Shown piece by piece: positions 57,429 to 64,000 of a DNA stretch of 64,000 nt (the stretch's first letter is position 1; the number at the start of each line of letters is the position of its first letter). A model generated the notes under the pieces. It was not told the DNA's origin. It saw only the letters and a list, made by a program, of their open reading frames with translations, and did not search any database. The DNA comes from Vampirovibrionaceae bacterium NZW_1234. Its GTDB lineage: Bacteria > Cyanobacteriota > Vampirovibrionia > Vampirovibrionales > JAGQHJ01. The DNA lies in NCBI GenBank assembly GCA_041697335.1, contig JBGUGD010000039.1:96001-160000 (forward strand). Direction: 5' to 3'. The position numbers were made by a program, and so were the translations under genes.

Positions 57429-58214
57429 TTAATCCAGAATCAAAGGCGCATTACGCTCGTGAGGCAAGCGGTACAGCCCCGGCGGCGGGGCTGCCTGCTG
57501 GCCTTGGGTTCTTGTCAGATCCAACGGCACATTAAGGCGCACCACCAGATTATGATTCAGCTGATTGCGACCGGGGCTGGCCACATCCACAAACTGCAGC
57601 ATATATCCGGCCTCGACAAAGGACTTGTTCTTAAACGTCCGACGAAACCCCGTAAACACCCGCTCCTGGTTAAACCCTGAATCAATGTGAGGCGTATCAT
57701 TAAGGTTCATCAGCAGCTCATTACTGGCCACCCAGGACCAGGGTCCTTTACGAAGGGGCACGAGTGCCCGAATCAAATAACGTCCCCGGACCGACACCTC
57801 GGCCTGATCCTCGATAAACCGTTGCTCCAGGCGAAACTGATGATTAAACCGGACCTTTTTAACGGCATGATTAATCATCGCCTGCTGCCACACCCGTTGC
57901 TCAAACTGCACACTTGAATCCCCAGCATCATCGGTCGGAAAAATGGGGGACCATAAATAACCGGCGGTCAGGCTCAGATGCGTGTTCACATCATAGGTCA
58001 CAGACGGGCGCACCCGGACCAAGGCCAAATGGGTGACGTTCTCTGAAATACGAGGCTGCACCTCCACCGACAACCGGAATTTCTTGACCGGAACCTCCAG
58101 GGTTACCGGCAGCCAAAGCTGCAAATCGTCTTCTAGAGCCCATGCGCTTAGCCCGCTCTGGGCAATCAGCAGCACCCCAAGCAGCAACCCCATCCCCCAC
58201 CTGAAAAAAATCAT
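57429..58214 (-). CDS. DUF2490-like outer-membrane beta-barrel protein
   Basis: Signal peptide; EQRVWQQ, RLEQRF, FNQERVFTG, VEAGYM alternating beta strands. Confidence 0.8.
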   Translation of the reverse strand: MIFFRWGMGLLLGVLLIAQSGLSAWALEDDLQLWLPVTLEVPVKKFRLSVEVQPRISENVTHLALVRVRPSVTYDVNTHLSLTAGYLWSPIFPTDDAGDSSVQFEQRVWQQAMINHAVKKVRFNHQFRLEQRFIEDQAEVSVRGRYLIRALVPLRKGPWSWVASNELLMNLNDTPHIDSGFNQERVFTGFRRTFKNKSFVEAGYMLQFVDVASPGRNQLNHNLVVRLNVPLDLTRTQGQQAAPPPGLYRLPHERNAPLILD

Positions 58215-58522
58215 TTCTATAGACCTGAGTTCAATGACACACAAGGAAGAGAAATCTGCCGCAGCAATCCACTCCGGGGCACCAGATCACCGCTTAGACC
58301 TTCATCGACTCTGGAACCAAGGTTCCCAATCCGGAAAAATACTGAACAAAGACAAATTGAGACACGTGAGCGTTTCATAAAAGATGCTCCCGACTATGCT
58401 ACTGGAATCTCAAACATCCACTCAGGCAGAAACAGCTACCTTACCGAGAATCAACCCGAAGAATCCGATTTCGCTCGGCCTGCGGGAATCCCAAGCCCCT
58501 ATGCCGTGGGCTCAACGTCTGT

Positions 58523-58741
58523 TTAGGATTTTTTGTGGCCCTTGCCCAGAAACACCGAATACAGCAGCAAGGCCATACAAATTCCCAGAATAATGACAAT
58601 GGACCAGAGCACCAGGCTGCTACTCAGGAAGAGGGTGGGCAAGAACAAGGTCATCAGGAAGAACAACCCAAAAAAGAACAGCACCCAGTGTTCATCAACA
58701 AATTCGGTGAACGTCATATGATCATGATCGTGATCGGACAT
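58523..58741 (-). CDS. Small 2-TM protein with His/Asp-rich N-terminus, end of respiratory operon
   Basis: MSDHDHDH..., GAGGGAG RBS. Confidence 0.7.
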   Translation of the reverse strand: MSDHDHDHMTFTEFVDEHWVLFFFGLFFLMTLFLPTLFLSSSLVLWSIVIILGICMALLLYSVFLGKGHKKS

Positions 58742-58762
58742 AATGTGTGATGCTCCCTCTGA

Positions 58763-58891
58763 TTACGCTTCTGCAATGAGACCGAAACTGGCAATCATCA
58801 ACAGCAGGAAAAAGAAAAAGGAATAAAACCAGATATATCTCATAAAGAGACCGATTTCTTGCTGTGAATCGACTTTGGCGGCTCGAACCAT
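58763..58891 (-). CDS. 42-aa single-TM protein not in the ORF track
   Basis: MVRAAKVDSQQEIGLFMRYIWFYSFFFFLLLMIASFGLIAEA*; AAGGAG upstream; fills the gap between neighbouring genes. Confidence 0.65.
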   Translation of the reverse strand: MVRAAKVDSQQEIGLFMRYIWFYSFFFFLLLMIASFGLIAEA

Positions 58892-58917
58892 GGTGTCAGC
58901 GACTCCTTCTATCTATC

Positions 58918-59331
58918 TTACGACTTTGCGCCAGCGCCGGCGTCATACGTATTGAGGAAGCTGACAAACTCCGTTGCCATTTCCCCAAAGCGGCTGTACT
59001 CCAGAGCCGATAACCAGTAGGCCTGAATGCGCTTACGATCGATGCTGGCACGCAGTTTGGGCTGACGCTCACCTTCCAGGCGAGCCTTGAGAAACTTGTT
59101 GCCTTCGCGGTAATAGCAATCACCAATACGGCAACCCGTGGTAATAACGCCTTCGGCGCCCTGTTTCAAGGCCGACTCAATCATGGCCGGTTGAATATGG
59201 CCACTGCATGGGACCTGAATGACATGGACATCAGGGCATTCAGACAGACAGCGATTGTTATCGAGTCTGTTTTTGAAATCAACACTCCGTTCGCAAACCA
59301 GAGCGATTACTTTAACTTTTTTGGCATTCAC
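58918..59331 (-). CDS. MvhD/FlpD-like [2Fe-2S] protein (hydrogenase iron-sulfur subunit family)
   Basis: ALVC, QVPCSGHI, GAEGV..TGCRIGDCYYREGN; GTGA overlap with the upstream gene. Confidence 0.88.
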   Translation of the reverse strand: MNAKKVKVIALVCERSVDFKNRLDNNRCLSECPDVHVIQVPCSGHIQPAMIESALKQGAEGVITTGCRIGDCYYREGNKFLKARLEGERQPKLRASIDRKRIQAYWLSALEYSRFGEMATEFVSFLNTYDAGAGAKS

Positions 59332-60536
59332 GATTGGGTGCTCCCTGCTAAAGCAACTTGTATCTCTTTCAGTACAACATCCGTAGTCATGCGGGGAATT
59401 TCAATGGCCTTAAAGGCACAGGCCCCAACGCAAAGACCACAGTTGGAACAGCGATCGGCGTTCACCACAGCCAAGCGCTTGAATCGGCTGTCATCATCCC
59501 GATCGACCATCTCAATGGCTTCGTAAGGACAGTCGTGGTAGCACAAGGAGCAACCGGTACAGTTGTCGGTCACCACCTGAGCAAACTGGCCCTGGAACTG
59601 TTTCTTTTGAATATAGGGCAAGAGTAACATTGCGACCGGGATGCCCAGGGTCACAGCCCATGCGGCCTGGAGACTGGCACCATTGGCAATCAGGCCATGG
59701 GGCAGCATGTAAAGCCAGTCAATCTCCAGTACACCACCCGGATTGGTCAGGTTCGGCGGGGCACCGACTTTAATCGGCATCAGGCCACAGGCCACCAACA
59801 AGCCACCGAACATCATCAGGTTCAACACCAAGGGGGCATTGGTCACCGGGCGGGTAATGCGCAGGTAATGCCACCAGAGGAAGAAGAGCATGGAGGTGGG
59901 GATAGCCAGGTGGAGAAACAGATAGCGGGTCAGCGTGAAATCGGTGACGATGCTGCCGCCAATCAACAGCTCTGCCAAGGCCTTTCCGCCAAAGGGAAAC
60001 GCTTGGAGGAAGTTGGTGGTGACATAGGTCAGGGTCACGGAGTTGTCATCCCAAATCAGCATGTACCCGGTCAAACCGGCCAAAAAGAGAATCGTAAACA
60101 GGATGACCCCGGTGATCCACGGTAAAATCCGATACTCCCGGTAGCGATCCGTAAACCAGACGCGGAAGAAGTGCAGCAGCACGAAGATCATCATCCCATC
60201 GGCCGCATACCGGTGCATGGCCCGAAACAGCGCCCCGGACGGAATCTGATTGGTCATATAGAGAATCGACGGGTAGGCCCGTTCCAAGGTGGGGTTGTAG
60301 TAGGCAAACAACAGCAGCCCGGAAATGAACAACACCCATAAAAAGAAGTTGGGCAACGCACCATGGTAATAGAACGGATTGAACTTTTGTGAAAACACGA
60401 CGTTCAACAAACGCTCAATACCCAGCGTCAGCCGTTGCAATTGAGAGATCAACCCTCGATAAGCATCAGAAATGGCTTGGCGTACCACCTTGTTTAATCT
60501 CCTATGATCTATCCGCTTCAGACTTGGTGACGACAT
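59328..60536 (-). CDS. Cytochrome b (four His retained) fused to a 2x[4Fe-4S] ferredoxin domain
   Basis: RAMHRYAADGMMIFVLLH, TGYMLIWD, FLHLAIPTSMLFFLWWH; C-terminal CTGCSLCYHDCP and CSNCGLCVGAC. Confidence 0.9.
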   Translation of the reverse strand: MSSPSLKRIDHRRLNKVVRQAISDAYRGLISQLQRLTLGIERLLNVVFSQKFNPFYYHGALPNFFLWVLFISGLLLFAYYNPTLERAYPSILYMTNQIPSGALFRAMHRYAADGMMIFVLLHFFRVWFTDRYREYRILPWITGVILFTILFLAGLTGYMLIWDDNSVTLTYVTTNFLQAFPFGGKALAELLIGGSIVTDFTLTRYLFLHLAIPTSMLFFLWWHYLRITRPVTNAPLVLNLMMFGGLLVACGLMPIKVGAPPNLTNPGGVLEIDWLYMLPHGLIANGASLQAAWAVTLGIPVAMLLLPYIQKKQFQGQFAQVVTDNCTGCSLCYHDCPYEAIEMVDRDDDSRFKRLAVVNADRCSNCGLCVGACAFKAIEIPRMTTDVVLKEIQVALAGSTQS

Positions 60537-60732
60537 TATCCTCTTTGTCCAAAGCGGTCAGTGCGGCCCCAATGGCAACAAAGACCAACCCGGCACCCAA
60601 CGCCCAGCGAAAATATTCGTGGGGATTGTTGGCTGTCAGTGTTTCGGCATTGAACATGAGATAAAGCCCGACGAAGCCTAGCGCGGAAAAAACGACGGCA
60701 ACTGCGACTTTCAGAACTTGAAGAACAGGCAT
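60502..60732 (-). CDS. Small 2-TM protein in respiratory operon
   Basis: 76 aa, two hydrophobic helices, TAATG overlap with the upstream gene. Confidence 0.7.
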   Translation of the reverse strand: MPVLQVLKVAVAVVFSALGFVGLYLMFNAETLTANNPHEYFRWALGAGLVFVAIGAALTALDKEDNVVTKSEADRS

Positions 60733-61010
60733 TATTGGCTTTTCTCCCGATGTCGTAATTTACAATACTGATGATCGATCCATTCAAACAACCCGACCTG
60801 GCGGACCAGTTTATCTTCGCGCTTGGCCTTCATATAGGCGTCATGACCGAGGATAATCAGGGTGAGGACCAGAATGCTCAACCACAAAATGAAGTTCGGC
60901 ACACTGGCCTCGGGCGACTCGGACGTCAAGAGGCGCGAAGCGGCAAAGACCTTGGACAGAGCAAAGGTCGATACCAGAAACCAGGTCCACCATAGCAGTC
61001 GTTGGATCAT
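60732..61010 (-). CDS. Small 2-TM protein in respiratory operon
   Basis: MIQRLLWWTW...; ATGA overlap with the cytochrome b stop; GGAGG upstream. Confidence 0.7.
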   Translation of the reverse strand: MIQRLLWWTWFLVSTFALSKVFAASRLLTSESPEASVPNFILWLSILVLTLIILGHDAYMKAKREDKLVRQVGLFEWIDHQYCKLRHREKSQ

Positions 61011-62437
61011 GCGGCTTTGGCCTCCTGTGCCACTTGGCGCTTGGAGCCGGTGGCCATAAAGATCAGGCTTAAGCCCAAGAGCAGCAACGAGTAAATGAAC
61101 CACATCGTAAAGTAGGGATGTTTGGCAAATTCAAAGGTGTTGTGAACGATGCTCGGATGATCGGCATACAAGAGATTCATAAACCCTTGCGGTGCCGGTT
61201 TGGGCATCACGTACAGGAAGAAGTACCAGCCGCTCAGCAACAGGTTGGGAACCACAAAGAACAACCAAACATGGATTTGACGGTAGATGGCGTAATGCCA
61301 CAATTCGGCAACGGTCATCATCACGATCATTTGGGCATACCAGATTGGCGGATCCCGGTTAATGTCGGCCACGTTCATGATGATCAGGATGGAGAACAGG
61401 ATAAAATCGATCAGACCGATAATGGCCGCCACGGTAAAGATGGGCCGTTTCCAGGGATCCCGCTCGGGACCGAAATCCAGAAACATTAAGGCAATGGTAA
61501 TAAACGGAATACCCACGGTCCAAATGGTTGCCCAGTAAGGATCCATGTACTTCAGCAATTGGTACAGCGCCAGGAAGTACCAGTCCGAAAGAATCGGCAG
61601 GGGAGTAACCTCCGGGTTGGCCCGGCTGCCCATTTCCGCGGGCAACACAATGGTGGTCAACAGCAGCATCCCGATAAAGGTCAGCACTGACCAGCGGGGC
61701 AGGTTAATACGCTTGTACCGGTTTTTGTAGAAATACAGTTCGGAAATCACCAGGGCAATCAGGGAGATCCCAAAGTGCAGGGAGAAGAAGCGAGTCATCG
61801 TCGCCTGACCGATGGAGGCCCCTCCCAGAAGCATCTGGGAAACGTTGTTGCCTTGATTGGTGTATTGGCCTAACAGAAACGTGGTCGTCCCCACAAGCTT
61901 GGGGAAGAACCAGTATTCTGTAGGGGCTTTCACATCGAGGTAGGTGGGGAAGGTTCCGAAGATCTTGGTCGCCCAGAAGGCCCGTTGGTTCCAGATCAAC
62001 AGGTACCCGGTCAGACCGGAGTACATGGCGGCCACCAGGATGATCATCGCAAGAATAAAGGCAAATTCACCTTTATTCTTGTACTCGGCCCGGAACCACA
62101 TCCGATAAACCTTCAGGGTGGAGGCAATGATAATGGCGTCGCCACCATACTTGTGCATCCCCCGGATGATTCCCAGAATCAGGTTTTCCTTGATGGCAAT
62201 AATGGAATCATAGGCCTGAAAGGTACTGGGAATGTAAAACGCCACCAGAATCAGACCGGTAATCACCGTAATGATCCAGTACAAATAGGCGATACTGCCC
62301 AGTTGATACCAGGGGGAACTGGCTTGAAGGTCCGTTTTGGTTTCGTCAAAGACGTCGATTTTAGCAAACCGATCGGAGACGTAGCGAAACGCCTTGTCCA
62401 GCATCTGAGGGGGGTTAAAGGGTAAATTAACGCCCAC
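61007..62437 (-). CDS. Cytochrome b (unsplit b6 + subunit IV type) lacking both heme bH His ligands
   Basis: TGLILVAFY.PS..AYDS, RGMHKY, TGYLLIWNQRAFWA, TRFFSLH, ANPEVTP..ILSDWYFL, RDPWKRP. Confidence 0.9.
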   Translation of the reverse strand: MGVNLPFNPPQMLDKAFRYVSDRFAKIDVFDETKTDLQASSPWYQLGSIAYLYWIITVITGLILVAFYIPSTFQAYDSIIAIKENLILGIIRGMHKYGGDAIIIASTLKVYRMWFRAEYKNKGEFAFILAMIILVAAMYSGLTGYLLIWNQRAFWATKIFGTFPTYLDVKAPTEYWFFPKLVGTTTFLLGQYTNQGNNVSQMLLGGASIGQATMTRFFSLHFGISLIALVISELYFYKNRYKRINLPRWSVLTFIGMLLLTTIVLPAEMGSRANPEVTPLPILSDWYFLALYQLLKYMDPYWATIWTVGIPFITIALMFLDFGPERDPWKRPIFTVAAIIGLIDFILFSILIIMNVADINRDPPIWYAQMIVMMTVAELWHYAIYRQIHVWLFFVVPNLLLSGWYFFLYVMPKPAPQGFMNLLYADHPSIVHNTFEFAKHPYFTMWFIYSLLLLGLSLIFMATGSKRQVAQEAKAA

Positions 62438-63052
62438 TTATGCAATACCTCCTCGTTCTAAATCCGTAATAACCAGCGTCTTGGACGCCTCATCCAAGTG
62501 GAAGGCAAATTGCCGGGGCGGACGAGGTGCAGGACCACTGACCACCTTACCGGACATGGATTTTCCATCCACGTTTTGATCCTGCAAGGGGTCATAAACG
62601 CTTAAGTGGCAAGGACAGCCAAAAACAGGCAACCCTTGCGGGGGCTTATAGTTAAAACTGGCGGCCGACTCTGCCGGATCCGGCAGGTAGCGGAAGATAC
62701 ACCCCATGTGCGGGCAGATGCGGCTGTAGGCCACAAACTGATAATCATCGGGGCTCTTGCCGGGAATCCGAAGGACGTAACCGGGAATTTTACTGATTTG
62801 GGCCCCTTGCCGGGTGTACTCCGGCGCTTTTTGCTCGTAGACGAATTCCTGAACCACCCAGGGTTCAGGGAATGCCGACAGAGGGAAGGTAATGGGCTTC
62901 ACACTGGAGGGCATATCGGGCTTGGAAACCATCCCATGGGGGAAGGGTCCGGCCGTGGGCTTCAGGTACCGGAACAAGGGTGACACAAACAGCAGGAGCG
63001 CTCCAAAAAGCGGGACGCTCAGCGCAAATTTCAAAAATAAACGTCGATTCAT
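62438..63052 (-). CDS. Rieske [2Fe-2S] protein with Tat signal
   Basis: MNRRLFLK; box 1 CPHMGC; box 2 CPCHLSVYD; GPAPRP. Confidence 0.93.
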   Translation of the reverse strand: MNRRLFLKFALSVPLFGALLLFVSPLFRYLKPTAGPFPHGMVSKPDMPSSVKPITFPLSAFPEPWVVQEFVYEQKAPEYTRQGAQISKIPGYVLRIPGKSPDDYQFVAYSRICPHMGCIFRYLPDPAESAASFNYKPPQGLPVFGCPCHLSVYDPLQDQNVDGKSMSGKVVSGPAPRPPRQFAFHLDEASKTLVITDLERGGIA

Positions 63053-63915
63053 CGGATACGATTCTCCCCGGATTCAGGCATCAGGGCACTGACTTCACGC
63101 ACAGGCTTTTTGGGCAAGGCGGAGGTCTTGGGTGCCTCTTTGGCTGGCGCAGCCTCTAAGTCATAGTCATAGGCAAACCCGCGGATGTATTTCACCAGGT
63201 CCGTAATGGTGGCCCGATCAAACACCACGTTCTTGTCCCGATCCGCTCGGCCTTTCCAGCTTGGCATGGCCGACGGATAGAGGCCTTCTTCAATAAACTT
63301 GATCAATTCGTTATTGGTCCGGTTGTACATCCGGGCATAGCTGTGGAAGTTGGCCGGCGGCGGGTTAAATTGGTTTTTCACCGGCGCCATGCCCAACTCG
63401 TGAGCCGACCCGTGGCCCGAATGCAGCGGACCGTCGGCAAAGCCTTTGGCCCCGTGGCAAACGGCACAGTTTCCACCAAACACGGCCGCAATGTCCTTGT
63501 TGGCAATCTGGGATTCACCGGCCAGGTGACGGGCATAGAAAACCGCTTCCCAACGCTGGTCTCGGGTCAATTGACGAAAAGCCGGGTGCTTGCCCCCATC
63601 GCCCTTGGTCAGAAACAGGTAGGTATCAATGGGGCGAGAGGCCATCATTTTTTCCGTGGCCATAGCCTTACCGGCGTGGCAGGAAGCACAGTTTTGCTCA
63701 AACACCACTTTGCCGCGGCTTAAGCGAGGCGGGCGCTCGGGGAAGGCAAAATCTTCCTCAACCAGCTTCTTGTTCAGCTCCGGAACAGCCACCAGAGTCT
63801 TGGCATTTTTAATCTGCTTTTCTTGCGTCGCACACCCGGCCAAGGTTCCCACCATCAGGACCCCGGCCAGAAGGGAGGCAAAAAGCGTTTGAAACGTCAG
63901 TGTCGTTTTGTACAT
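63049..63915 (-). CDS. Diheme c-type cytochrome lipoprotein
   Basis: Lipobox LAG-C; CASCH and CAVCH; distal SAMPSW. Confidence 0.88.
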   Translation of the reverse strand: MYKTTLTFQTLFASLLAGVLMVGTLAGCATQEKQIKNAKTLVAVPELNKKLVEEDFAFPERPPRLSRGKVVFEQNCASCHAGKAMATEKMMASRPIDTYLFLTKGDGGKHPAFRQLTRDQRWEAVFYARHLAGESQIANKDIAAVFGGNCAVCHGAKGFADGPLHSGHGSAHELGMAPVKNQFNPPPANFHSYARMYNRTNNELIKFIEEGLYPSAMPSWKGRADRDKNVVFDRATITDLVKYIRGFAYDYDLEAAPAKEAPKTSALPKKPVREVSALMPESGENRIR

Positions 63916-63926
63916 GGGTCTATCAC

Positions 63927-64000
63927 CTAGTAACCAAAAAACTTAATCCACGAAATGGAGGCCCAGCTAATGATGATGGCAAAAAAGACCCACAAAAACC
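63927..64000 (-). CDS. 3' end of an upstream membrane protein (partial)
   Basis: Minus frame reads FLWVFFAIIISWASISWIKFFGY* and ends 11 nt before the cytochrome c start. Confidence 0.5.
   Translation of the reverse strand, partial: FLWVFFAIIISWASISWIKFFGY

Noticed and set aside
58918..59331. Evidence for a hydrogenase or methanogenesis pathway
   Set aside because: Only the MvhD-like subunit is present; no catalytic hydrogenase subunit or HdrABC in the window.
61007..63052. Photosynthetic cytochrome b6f
   Set aside because: No cytochrome f, the cytochrome b is unsplit, and the heme ci Cys position reads Q (WYQLG).

Overview
Gene-dense bacterial chromosomal segment of roughly 50% GC (estimated by eye). 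I found no rRNA, tRNA, CRISPR array, transposase or phage genes. The gene set suggests a non-photosynthetic cyanobacterial relative (Vampirovibrionia/Melainabacteria, possibly a Vampirovibrio-like predator); this is inference, not a sequence match. In order: asparaginase II (partial); a CDF-CBS-CorC fusion transporter; a stand-alone flagellar export-gate cluster (fliP-fliQ-fliR-flhB-flhA) downstream of lptA-lptB-lptF/G-dnaJ; a Cys-less Mo-oxidoreductase-like protein; two tandem secreted paralogs with TolC-repeat-like motifs; pfkB, an HD protein, cinA and a TPR protein; a degenerate GH9; and an orphan-rich region (22-44 kb). That region holds tandem paralogs with duplicated non-coding flanks, a PLP decarboxylase, pgi, a GH35, an operon of two paralogous membrane proteins plus a GH13, an extended acyl-CoA dehydrogenase, ispD, thiL, a peroxiredoxin and a MerR regulator. 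After it come a Tad/Flp pilus locus, rnc, cdsA, rpsP, a DUF2490-like barrel and the distal part of a respiratory operon. The strongest observation is in that operon: of two cytochromes b, one has lost both heme bH His ligands, while the other keeps all four His, has a degenerate Qo motif, is fused to a 2x[4Fe-4S] domain and is followed by an MvhD-like protein. This implies an asymmetric Rieske/cytochrome b complex wired to cytoplasmic Fe-S centres. Second is a set of orphan and extended proteins sharing low-complexity N-termini, an F-[AG]-G-type motif and a C-terminal G-x-x-L-N-x-x-[AG] motif; these are candidate substrates of the flagellar-type export gate.
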